Positions 1 to 7,914 are shown, counted from the first letter of the stretch. The stretch: 46,503 bases of DNA from a virus (IMGVR_UViG_3300032255_000172:1-46503); one strand, 5' to 3'. Notes: a model not told the origin generated them from the sequence alone. A program made the numbers and translations.

Positions 1-24
1 AAACTCAACCTTGTAAAAACATAT

Positions 25-675
25 CTAATAATTTAAAGACCTTAATAACTCTTCAATAAAATTTTTTTCCCTTTTGCCTTTATAAACGTTGAGTAGCTTT
101 GTATAATTTAACGCGGGCACAGACCTGATAGCCTGTTCATCAATTCGTAATCCTTCCAATAAGTAATCCAGGCCTTGCCAGGGTAATTTACGTAAATACA
201 CAAGATCTAGCAGTGCCCGCTCAGGCTCTGCCACGAGTGCAACCTGATGTTGTAACTCGTGCCGAGCAACCGCTTGAAGAAAATAACCAGGATTAGTCGT
301 CATACGACGAAATGAAAAATGACCCAACACTTCATGGGTAAACTGCATAGATTTACCACCGTGTGTCAAACTGACAATGGTATACACCGCTTCTGGAATC
401 CAACCATGAAAGCTTAATGCAGTCTCAACGGAAACATAACTACCTGGCACAATTTGTTGTGCCAGAGCAAAAGGTTGAACAGGCGCTGTACGATAATCAC
501 CTGACAACACGTACAAGCCACGCCGTGCTTTAAGTAATTCACCGGCTTTTAGGGCACGATTAACCATACCATAACGACGAGCATCACTTCCTCCTAGCAA
601 ACGCTCTAGCTGACGAGAAGACAAAATTCGGTGCTCGTCACCTGATTTAAGAATGAGTTCGGTTAATGGCGTCAT
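25..675 (-). CDS. AbiEi-like type IV toxin-antitoxin antitoxin / transcriptional regulator
   Basis: N-terminal wHTH with 'LKARRGLY', then 'SYVSVETALSFHGWIPE' and 'AEPERALLD', all typical of AbiEi family; partner toxin would lie left of the window. Confidence 0.8.
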   Translation of the reverse strand: MTPLTELILKSGDEHRILSSRQLERLLGGSDARRYGMVNRALKAGELLKARRGLYVLSGDYRTAPVQPFALAQQIVPGSYVSVETALSFHGWIPEAVYTIVSLTHGGKSMQFTHEVLGHFSFRRMTTNPGYFLQAVARHELQHQVALVAEPERALLDLVYLRKLPWQGLDYLLEGLRIDEQAIRSVPALNYTKLLNVYKGKREKNFIEELLRSLNY

Positions 676-775
676 ACCCTTAATTTACAGAAACTTCCAT
701 ATAATGCAAGTTTCTAGAATTAAATATGTTCTATCTTTGGTGCTTGCTTGATAAGAGTTAGAGGTGTGCTCTAAC

Positions 776-817
776 AAAAACAGCCAGATAAACCTGCTGG
801 CTAACTGACTGTTTTTT
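776..817 (-). terminator. probable terminator downstream of the tRNA 3'-end copy
   Basis: Imperfect hairpin (AAAAACAGCCAG...CTGACTGTTTTT) with A/T tracts immediately 3' of the duplicated tRNA end. Confidence 0.5.
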
Positions 818-825
818 ACTTTGTT

Positions 826-871
826 TTGGTCGGGACGACAGGATTTGAACCTGTGACCACCACACCCCCAG
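826..871. repeat. prophage att site, left copy (46-bp duplication of tRNA-Pro 3' half)
   Basis: TTGGTCGGGACGACAGGATTTGAACCTGTGACCACCACACCCCCAG is identical to 42675-42720. Confidence 0.97.
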
Positions 872-971
872 AATGATATTCAAACCAGCTTAACATATTG
901 AAATATATAAAGATAAGGCTTTATAACAAACCCTAAAACATGGTGTTTATGTGCGTTTGTGGTCTATATAA

Positions 972-1000
972 AACAACAACTTACGCGCTTCTTTACCGAA
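972..1000. promoter_or_regulatory. putative integrase arm-binding site and IHF-like site near left att
   Basis: TCTTTACCGAA (990-1000) recurs twice in tandem near the right att (42595-42616); AAACAACAACTTA (972-984) resembles the IHF consensus WATCAANNNNTTR. Confidence 0.6.
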
Positions 1001-1101
1001 CGTTTTTTGCATATTCTCGGCCTATCCCAATAAGGCTCAAGCGCTCTTATTTGGCACCATATGATGAAACGCTACTGCACTACCTCACGCTTTAGAAGCA
1101 G

Positions 1102-1314
1102 TTATTTAATCGCATTTCGCTTCAGTTTAATCAGCGTTAAATTACGCGATGATGTGTCGTTGTCGCCAGTACACCTTTTACAACTGGCCACTTTATCGCT
1201 GTACTTTAACATCAGCTTAGCTAGTAATAACTGCTGGCCTCTGCTTAAATTGTGTTCTATATTATTTTCATCTAAATTTATATCCACTAACTCTAGTTTT
1301 TTTCCCACACCCAT
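1102..1314 (-). CDS. hypothetical protein (70 aa)
   Basis: ORF with purine-rich AGGGAAGG just upstream of ATG; no recognisable family. Confidence 0.4.
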   Translation of the reverse strand: MGVGKKLELVDINLDENNIEHNLSRGQQLLLAKLMLKYSDKVASCKRCTGDNDTSSRNLTLIKLKRNAIK

Positions 1315-1727
1315 CCTTCCCTACTCTGCTCAATTAGTCGCATACTGAGAGTTTAGATGCGATTACTTCACAACTGATCCCCTTGCCCTGATAAATAATT
1401 ATTTGCCTTAATTCATCATTATTTATGTGGAAACTTTTCCTTTTAGCTGAATTAGCTCAAATCCAATCTTAGACATTTTAGAAGTGATCTAGACTTAATC
1501 TGACACTTCAGCCTAGAAGTGACTGCCTCAAAACACCACTTTGCGGACAGTCACTATAGACTCCCCAGTAGCAGACATTCACCAATTTACATATTCGTTA
1601 ATAGTCACTTTGACCTGATACATGATATATTGCTCTTAGCAAATCGGGGTCCGTACTTGCTAATTTCAATAATAGACAGGGTTTTTGATTTTTATAAAAA
1701 TCAATATCTTAGAGTTTTTAACAGAAT

Positions 1728-1778
1728 TTACTAATGTCTCTATACGGACCGACAGGGTCCGTATAGTAATAGTTATAT
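1728..1778 (+). other. attC/attI-like site heading cassette cluster 1
   Basis: Perfect 11-bp hairpin CTATACGGACC-gacag-GGTCCGTATAG (1740-1766) followed by core GTTATAT (1772-1778), which is complementary to the end of the downstream gene (AAATATAAG). Confidence 0.5.
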
Positions 1779-1797
1779 TTATTAAGGAATAATTCAC

Positions 1798-2469
1798 TTG
1801 AGAATTCTACTATCAATATTCGCATTTTTTATATTTTCCCTAAGCGTCTATTTCGGCCACGAATTACTTGAATCAAATAAGCTATCAGGTTCTGAGTTTG
1901 TAGCACTTATAATAGCCTTTGCCGTAATTAGTTTAGTAATATCTTTCTCATCTGAAGTTCAAGAGTTTTCTATCGCGGGTAGTATAGTAAAATTAAAAGA
2001 AGTCAAAAAAGATGCAGAAAATTCAATCAATGAACTTAAATCTGCAAGAACTGAAACATTCAGATTTTTGCTTAGCCTAACTAAAAAATATTCAGGTGGC
2101 TGGGGTGACAGCGATACGGTTGATGAAAGACTACCTGATTTTTGGTTCCTGTATAACCAAATAGTTAAATTTGGATGTGAAGAAGATTTAAAAAAAGATA
2201 TAGCAGACGTTGTATATATTTTACTCAAAGGTCAATTAAATAGTATTTCATATAGTAGTGATGATATTGGTGAAAAATATAATTCTAATAATATTCTTCC
2301 AACGCCTGATATTTTAATTGTTGAGGCGCTTGAAAATACATCTGTAGAAAAAGCAGCCAAACGTGGTGTACGTGATGGTTCTGTAGAAAAAATTAAAGCT
2401 TCTTTGGTGGTTGGGCTTGATGAATACAAAAAACTTTATGTACTCCATGAGGGCATTAAAAAAATATAA
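1798..2469 (+). CDS. cassette-borne hypothetical membrane protein (2 N-terminal TM segments + coiled coil)
   Basis: TTG start with AAGGA RBS; two hydrophobic segments; stop codon lies in the attC R'' box. Confidence 0.85.
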   Translation: MRILLSIFAFFIFSLSVYFGHELLESNKLSGSEFVALIIAFAVISLVISFSSEVQEFSIAGSIVKLKEVKKDAENSINELKSARTETFRFLLSLTKKYSGGWGDSDTVDERLPDFWFLYNQIVKFGCEEDLKKDIADVVYILLKGQLNSISYSSDDIGEKYNSNNILPTPDILIVEALENTSVEKAAKRGVRDGSVEKIKASLVVGLDEYKKLYVLHEGIKKI

Positions 2470-2586
2470 GGCGTTCAAAAAGGACTAATAACCCGTAACT
2501 TGAATTACATTCTTCAGTTACACTACAAAACTAACAATAACAAAAGTTCACTACTGGGTTATCAGCCCTTTAACTGGGCGTTAGCT
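2464..2586 (+). other. attC site (123 bp, VCR-like arms)
   Basis: ATATAAG (R'', AAC>AAG variant) ... GTTAGCT (R'); arms GCGTTCAAAAAGGACTAATAAC / GTTATCAGCCCTTTAACTGGGCGTTAG pair imperfectly. Confidence 0.85.
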
Positions 2587-2598
2587 GCAGGTAAGAAT

Positions 2599-3069
2599 AT
2601 GGATTTCACAGTATCATTAGGAACTCTTCTAAAAATAGCTGGTATTTCAGTAGGTACTTATGTTTTGCTCCCACTTTTTTTAGTTCTAAGGGATTATCTG
2701 TTATGGCAAATTATTGATCGTTTCATAATCACTGAAGACTTAGAAAATAAAATTAATTTATATTCTGCTTGCCTTGTGCAATGGAATAATGAATACGTAG
2801 GCAGTGCTACAATTCAAAATACAGCCGGTATAGTTCGATACTGCATAGATGAGGCTGACGTATCAAAAGAAGAATTGACAAGCTATAGAGAGAACAGGGA
2901 TAAATTACAGAGTGAAATGAATAAAACAATATGGTTTATTCAGCGACGAAGTAATTTAGTTTCATGGCTATTAAAACACTACAAACAAGATTCTGATAAC
3001 CCAATTAAATTAATGCATGAAGCTTCTAATTTACGAGCTAAAGAGTCATATGAAAAAAATAACAGCTAA
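2599..3069 (+). CDS. cassette-borne hypothetical protein with N-terminal TM segment (start revised to MDFTVS at 2599)
   Basis: The ORF-track start (2500) runs through the attC; ATG 2599 lies just after GTTAGCTG; gene ends in CAGCTAAC, the exact complement. Confidence 0.8.
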   Translation: MDFTVSLGTLLKIAGISVGTYVLLPLFLVLRDYLLWQIIDRFIITEDLENKINLYSACLVQWNNEYVGSATIQNTAGIVRYCIDEADVSKEELTSYRENRDKLQSEMNKTIWFIQRRSNLVSWLLKHYKQDSDNPIKLMHEASNLRAKESYEKNNS

Positions 3070-3153
3070 CAATGCGCTGCATCTGACCAACCAATACGCC
3101 GTTTCGCTGCCATACACTCTGTATTGCTCGCCAGCTGAGCTTAAGCGTTAGCC
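3064..3153 (+). other. attC site (90 bp)
   Basis: AGCTAAC-aatgcgctgcatctgacc ... ccagctgagcttaagc-GTTAGCC; canonical R''/R' boxes and paired arms. Confidence 0.9.
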
Positions 3154-3163
3154 CTTTCAGGTC

Positions 3164-3847
3164 ATGGAAACGATAGATAACATTAAGCTAATTGATAATG
3201 GATTGAGGCATATCGAATTTGAAATGCTATCTGATGGCCCAAGCCTATTTCGTGTTTTGAGAGAATCCCATTCAGTCTTTTATCGCTCTATGATTGAGGT
3301 TTTAAGGGGTTCAGATAATTTCTTTATAACGGGAAGAAATAATGATAAAGACAAAAAACTATCCTTCAAATCCGGCAATGACAGTTGGAAAGAGGTAAAA
3401 AAAGGAGCGTTTGTTAATGGGTGTGAAAGAGCTTGGAAATTTACAGAGCCAGAAGAGTGTGCTGAGCCGAACAGCTTAGATGAGCCAATTACTGATGAGG
3501 AGTGGATAAAAAATCAAAAATGGTTAGTCGCTTTCTATGAAGCTTTAGCAATGGTTCAATCTCAGCCTTTTATGCTCAGATTTACATGCAGCAATATATT
3601 GACCGTGTCAGATGATGAAATGAAGACTCTAGAGTGGGCTCACGAGAAAATAAGAAATGAATATGAGCACTTTGTGCCAAAACTATACTCATCTGATCAA
3701 ATTGAATTAAAGACTGGTGCGTTACTTTTACTAGATAAATCCGAATATTTATTATTTGAATCAGGTAATGTGGTTTGTCCAGATAGTGGTATATTAAATA
3801 AAATAAGGGTTAAAATTTGTTGTTTACGTTTCAAATTAATGGTCTAA
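3164..3847 (+). CDS. cassette-borne hypothetical protein with HEPN-like RxxxxH motif
   Basis: 'KIRNEYEH' in a helical C-terminal region; cassette bounded by GTTAGCCC and GGTCTAAC. Confidence 0.75.
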   Translation: METIDNIKLIDNGLRHIEFEMLSDGPSLFRVLRESHSVFYRSMIEVLRGSDNFFITGRNNDKDKKLSFKSGNDSWKEVKKGAFVNGCERAWKFTEPEECAEPNSLDEPITDEEWIKNQKWLVAFYEALAMVQSQPFMLRFTCSNILTVSDDEMKTLEWAHEKIRNEYEHFVPKLYSSDQIELKTGALLLLDKSEYLLFESGNVVCPDSGILNKIRVKICCLRFKLMV

Positions 3848-3868
3848 CAAGCGCATCGTGTGCGACCG
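3842..3868 (+). other. truncated attC (left arm only)
   Basis: GTCTAAC-aagcgcatcgtgtgcgacc is a typical attC left arm overlapping the stop; downstream GTTAGAA (3891) lacks a complementary arm. Confidence 0.6.
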
Positions 3869-4056
3869 TTGAATGTCTGCTTTCTTACGCGTTAGAACTA
3901 TCTTCAATGCCTGCTTCTGAGACTCAACAGGCATTGAAATTAAAGTGTGGCTTTAAATTTTAAATGATAATTAACATCGGAAAGTAAGTGTGCAGGGATA
4001 CACGCCGGATCTAAAGAAATAGTTTAGTTGAAAGATTATGTATGAAACTCGTCGGG

Positions 4057-4088
4057 ATAAAAAAGACAGGCCCGTACGCTACGGGCCT
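4057..4088 (-). terminator. rho-independent terminator of small-peptide gene
   Basis: AGGCCCGTA-cgc-TACGGGCCT perfect stem with a T-run on the minus strand, 9 nt after the stop codon. Confidence 0.85.
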
Positions 4089-4096
4089 ACTCCATT

Positions 4097-4186
4097 TTAG
4101 AAGTACTGGAATAGAATAATCACCTTCTCAATGATTTGGATGATCTGTTCTATGATGGAAAATATGTGTGTGGGTAAATTTAACAT
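4097..4186 (-). CDS. 29-aa hydrophobic/amphipathic peptide, candidate type I toxin (MLNLPTHIFSIIEQIIQIIEKVIILFQYF)
   Basis: Translated by hand; strong SD GAGGAG; own terminator; below the ORF-track size cutoff. Confidence 0.65.
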   Translation of the reverse strand: MLNLPTHIFSIIEQIIQIIEKVIILFQYF

Positions 4187-4276
4187 TTGCTGCTCCTCTA
4201 GCTGATGGGGAGCCACCCAGATTGCATAATTGCAAATATGGGCTTGAATCTGTGGCTGAGAGTTATATACTAAATA

Positions 4277-4363
4277 ACGATCTCCACAGATCTAGTGTCT
4301 CGGCTCCTAAGCTGACACTCAGTCCCTCTCATGGCCGCCAAGCATATGGGAGGGATTTTTTTT
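4277..4363 (+). ncRNA. candidate sRNA antitoxin (~85 nt)
   Basis: Promoter-like TTGAAT(4244)-16 bp-TATACT(4266); terminator TCCCTCTCAT...ATGGGAGGGA-T8; contains GCTCCTAAGCTGA complementary to the peptide SD region. Confidence 0.5.
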
Positions 4364-4616
4364 GCCAAAAATATATTTAAAAAAAAATAAAACATTTATG
4401 GCTTGATGTTAAAAAGAATACTTTTATCCACAAAACATTGTCAAGAGAAATAAATTAATATTCTATATATGAAGTTTCTAATATTTCAGGATAAGTCACT
4501 ACGCTATAGGGTATGTTGAATTTTGGGTATTTAAAAAATATTAAATTAAACAAAATATTACTAAGTAATGCAAAAAAAAATGGATAAAAAAAAGAAAAAT
4601 AAAAACAAATAAAGTG

Positions 4617-4645
4617 TTGACTACCGCCCCAATGGGGCGTATATT
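4617..4645 (+). promoter_or_regulatory. sigma70 promoter with internal palindromic operator
   Basis: TTGACT-17 bp-TATATT; CGCCCC-aat-GGGGCG sits in the spacer. Confidence 0.75.
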
Positions 4646-4695
4646 ATTAATCAACGGCAAGGCAACCCGCCCAGCCAAAACAACCGGAGAAATCC

Positions 4696-5142
4696 ATGTT
4701 TACACTTCAAGAAACGTTAATCATCAACCAAGCTAAAAGCATTCTTGCAACTAAGCTTTTAAATACACCCTCTTTCACCGACCCATCTGACGTTAAAACG
4801 TTTTGCCAGTTAGAAATCGGCCATTTAGAACACGAAGTTTTCGCCGCTTTATTTTTAAACCAACGCCACCAAATGATTGCCTTTGTAGAAATGTTTACTG
4901 GCACAATCGATGGCGCATCTGTTTACCCTCGCGAAGTTGCTAAAGCAGCACTGGCACACAACGCTGCTGCCGTGATTTTTACGCACAACCACCCTAGCGG
5001 CACAGTAACACCTTCATCAGCTGATGAACGCATCACAACGCGTTTAGTTGATGCGCTAAGCCTGTTTGATATCCGCGTACTGGATCACATCATAGTCGGC
5101 GTTAAAGACACCGCCTCATTCGCGGAGCAAGGGTTGCTTTAG
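4696..5142 (+). CDS. radC: RadC-family JAB/JAMM domain protein
   Basis: 'GTIDGASVYPREV', 'HNHPSG...S..D', 'LDHIIVG' motifs; short mobile-element-type form. Confidence 0.93.
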   Translation: MFTLQETLIINQAKSILATKLLNTPSFTDPSDVKTFCQLEIGHLEHEVFAALFLNQRHQMIAFVEMFTGTIDGASVYPREVAKAALAHNAAAVIFTHNHPSGTVTPSSADERITTRLVDALSLFDIRVLDHIIVGVKDTASFAEQGLL

Positions 5143-5209
5143 CAGCCCCGCCCCAGAGGGCAGGTTAAAACAACCCGCCCTCTTAACAAAATACAACCGG
5201 AGAAACAAC

Positions 5210-5545
5210 ATGAGCGAATCACAACCCAGCTATGGAAACCAAACGTTACCGCAAACTCTCGATGCATTTAAAAACAGAAATTGCACCAGGCTTTACACTG
5301 ACGATCAATACACACCCCCCACACCCGAGGACGTTAACCAGCTAATTACACTTTGTGGGTGGTCGCAAAACGATGCGGCGAAACTCGTGGGTGTTAAGTG
5401 GGATACAAAAAAGGGCTCATCAACTATACGCAAATGGAAAAGTGATAAGTCAAAAAAAGACCATCGCGAAATCCCGTATTCTGCATGGCGGTTAATGCTA
5501 ATTTATGCCGGTGTGGTAAACACCAGCAACCACGTTAACCGGTAG
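5210..5545 (+). CDS. KorC-like HTH repressor
   Basis: 'PTPEDV...SQNDAAKLVGV...TIRKW...IPYSAWRLM' parallels IncP KorC; GGAGA RBS. Confidence 0.7.
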   Translation: MSESQPSYGNQTLPQTLDAFKNRNCTRLYTDDQYTPPTPEDVNQLITLCGWSQNDAAKLVGVKWDTKKGSSTIRKWKSDKSKKDHREIPYSAWRLMLIYAGVVNTSNHVNR

Positions 5546-5549
5546 ATAT
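5274..5549 (+). repeat. 276-bp direct repeat, copy 1 (korC-like gene body)
   Basis: Near-identical to 7451-7726 (constant offset 2177). Confidence 0.95.
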
Positions 5550-5796
5550 AATTTCCTAAAAAAACTAGACCAAGATATTGAAATATTTGCAGACGGATAC
5601 GACAGAACTTTCCATGAAGCAACTAGATTTGAAGAAGTGCGACTTTGCAAAAAGGCGGCCGCTTCCACCATTAAAGCTGTCATTAAGGATTTTCTTATAT
5701 TTAGGCCCGAGTTAGTCAGATGCGGATAGGTTTAAAAAAGATTAATCACTCTGACTGTAAGTGATTGATATAAATGGATGTACAGTATATGTTATG

Positions 5797-5954
5797 TCCT
5801 AAAACCCCAATAACAAGGAATTATTTCCGCTTTTTGACCTTCAATAACAACCTTTAAAATAACCAAGTCGTAGATTTAGGGTTAAAAATTATCTTTTTTA
5901 GGTTGTTTTTGCGGGGTGATAACAGGAAAATATTCCATTAAACAGCTGTTAGCC
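5797..5954 (+). other. 158-bp attC-like element heading cassette cluster 2
   Basis: Imperfect terminal inverted arms ending in GTTAGCC; homologous at both ends and equal in length to 39067-39224. Confidence 0.65.
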
Positions 5955-5967
5955 TTACAAGGAAAGT

Positions 5968-6504
5968 ATGAAGCTTTTACTAATCACCTTATTATTTCTA
6001 CCAACTTTAGTTCATTCTGAGCAATGGTTTACGAATGGAGCACCTGACAATAAAAACAATCATTTAGGTGGTATTAAAGACTTCGGTGCAATGGTGTTAA
6101 TGACAACCAACTCTAAGAAAGCATTAGAAAATTGGTCTATCCCTACTAAAGGCGTAACAATACCATCCACTGAAATAGTAGAAAAAGGAAAACCAATTGA
6201 AGCTTTAGTCTTTTTCTCGGGTTGTTATAAAAATAAATCAGGAAACTGTATTACTGAAGTCGATTATGTAATCTACAAACCAGACGGCACCATATACGTT
6301 GAATATAAAGAAACAGAACTATGGAAAAACAAACCAGCTTTTCCACAAGGAAAAATTGGTCTAGCTGTAGACCGCGTGGGCTTAATAGCAGACCCTGAAG
6401 ACCCTATAGGTATTTACAAAGTTAAATGCACAGTAAGAGACTTAGTTGCTAATTATGAGTTTAAGATATTCACGTCTTTTAAAGTAATAGAGGCTAACAA
6501 GTAA
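5968..6504 (+). CDS. cassette-borne secreted hypothetical protein
   Basis: Signal peptide MKLLLITLLFLPTLVHS; cassette GTTAGCCT...AGGCTAAC perfectly complementary. Confidence 0.85.
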   Translation: MKLLLITLLFLPTLVHSEQWFTNGAPDNKNNHLGGIKDFGAMVLMTTNSKKALENWSIPTKGVTIPSTEIVEKGKPIEALVFFSGCYKNKSGNCITEVDYVIYKPDGTIYVEYKETELWKNKPAFPQGKIGLAVDRVGLIADPEDPIGIYKVKCTVRDLVANYEFKIFTSFKVIEANK

Positions 6505-6616
6505 ATTAACGTGGACCAAAAACCCTTAACTTCTATGGTATTTTTAATTTATACTACCAATCAATACAACATTAACTTGTCTACTGGGTTTTGGTCCAGT
6601 TATTAGAGCGTTATGC
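6492..6616 (+). other. attC site (125 bp)
   Basis: GGCTAAC ... GTTATGC; arms TGGACCAAAAACCC / GGGTTTTGGTCCA; shares internal motifs with 2464-2586. Confidence 0.9.
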
Positions 6617-6628
6617 GTAAAAAAAATA

Positions 6629-7084
6629 ATGAATAAAATTTCACTTATTATGGGAATTTGGGAGCAAGGCTACTTTAATAGTGACGAAGTAATAAAATGG
6701 GCAGACTCTCAAATCAACTCACTTGAAAAACCAGATGATGAATTAATCGAGCTATCCCTTAATGGCCCAAGTAAGTGTTTCAAATTACAACCGTATGAAT
6801 TCCCTAGAACTAAAGAGCTTTCATTCATTGAATCATTTTCATTAAGAATATTAAAACTAAATTTATCCTCTGACTCAGAAATTAATACTTTCATTAATTG
6901 GGCAACTAGTGCTGCTATGGGAGAAGACACAGAAAATAAAGAGGTCATGTTCTGCTATATGCTTGATGACTATCTAGGCTATAACAGCCCTGGAACTATT
7001 TCATACTTCAAAGAGAACATACAAGAGCTATTGCCAGCTTGTAAAAAAAGGGTAAGCTCATTATTAAATCAACTAAACGCATAA
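6629..7084 (+). CDS. cassette-borne hypothetical protein
   Basis: Cassette GTTATGCG...CGCATAAC perfectly complementary; stop in R''; attC truncated after ~7095. Confidence 0.85.
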   Translation: MNKISLIMGIWEQGYFNSDEVIKWADSQINSLEKPDDELIELSLNGPSKCFKLQPYEFPRTKELSFIESFSLRILKLNLSSDSEINTFINWATSAAMGEDTENKEVMFCYMLDDYLGYNSPGTISYFKENIQELLPACKKRVSSLLNQLNA

Positions 7085-7134
7085 CAATACACTCTGAGTC
7101 CATCGTCAATTAATTATTTGTATTTTATTTCGCC

Positions 7135-7450
7135 TTAATTTGTGCCTGTGATTTGGGTTTTCATTGACGTTAAACACGCCGCACCATTTGATACGGTGTT
7201 CTCACCTAATATCACAAAACGCCCGGCACCATAGGCAATAGTATTGTAATTTGCTGTATCATTATTTTTTGGGTAACTCCATATAATACCGTCAACCGAT
7301 GTAATGATGCCCGTGTAAGGGGGCCCGTGAGTTCGCCTACTGCCACAAACAAGCCGTTGGCATAAGTGATTGACCGCATGTGTGATTTAGATGGGTTGAC
7401 CTGAATGACCATGTGTTTAAATCTGGTGAAACCCATATCCCAGAATTGCC
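7135..7450 (-). pseudogene. frameshifted C-terminal fragment of an Asp-box/beta-propeller (tail-fibre-like) protein
   Basis: Pieces GIWVSPDLNTWS, RSITYANGLFVAVG and IITSVDGIIWS...IAYGAGRFVILG are separated by two frameshifts. Confidence 0.65.
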
Positions 7451-7726
7451 ACAGAAATTGCACCAGGCTTTACACTGACAAGCAATACACCCCTCCCACA
7501 CCCGAGGAAGTTAACCAGCTAATTACACTTTGTGGGTGGTTGCAAAACGATGCAGCGAAACTAGTGGGCGTTAAGTGGGATACAAAAAAGGGCTCATCAA
7601 CTATACGCAAATGGAAAAGTGATAAGTCAAAAAAAGACCATCGCGAAATCCCGTATTCCGCGTGGTGGTTAATGCTAATTTATGCCGGTGTGGTGAACAC
7701 CAGTAACCACGTTAACCGATAGATAT
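7451..7726 (+). pseudogene. 5'-truncated second copy of korC-like gene (repeat copy 2)
   Basis: Lacks RBS and the first ~21 codons of 5210-5545; the ORF-track N-terminus (7405) derives from unrelated sequence. Confidence 0.8.
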
Positions 7727-7914
7727 GACATTTATATTACGAGCGAAAAATCCAAATTGGGTTGCTGATTAATTCAATAAAAACACATTATGATAAAGTG
7801 TTATTTTCAGCTAATTTAGATTTATTAGTTTTTCCACTTAATTGAAGGCATCAGCAATCCTGAAGGACCTGATATTGATAGCATAGTGTTACCGAATACC
7901 CGTTTGAATTTATA

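Noticed and set aside
826-871. Second tRNA-Pro gene
   Set aside because: Only the 3' 46 nt are present; it is the att duplication
2500-2598. N-terminal extension of ORF 2500-3069
   Set aside because: Reads through the attC hairpin; the real start is most likely ATG 2599
3842-3897. Complete 56-bp attC ending at GTTAGAA
   Set aside because: Right arm does not pair with left arm; treated as truncated
4168-4380. 70-aa plus-strand ORF
   Set aside because: No RBS; crosses promoter, hairpins and terminator; better explained by the peptide/sRNA locus
5532-5729. Open frame of ~65 codons after korC-like gene
   Set aside because: Begins with ACG and has no canonical start near its 5' end; possibly a remnant but unsupported
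5755-5790. LexA box upstream of cluster 2
   Set aside because: Only a half site (TACAGTA); CTGT and ACAG are not 8 bp apart
7405-7722. Intact second korC-like gene
   Set aside because: N-terminus comes from the antisense of the fibre remnant and has no RBS
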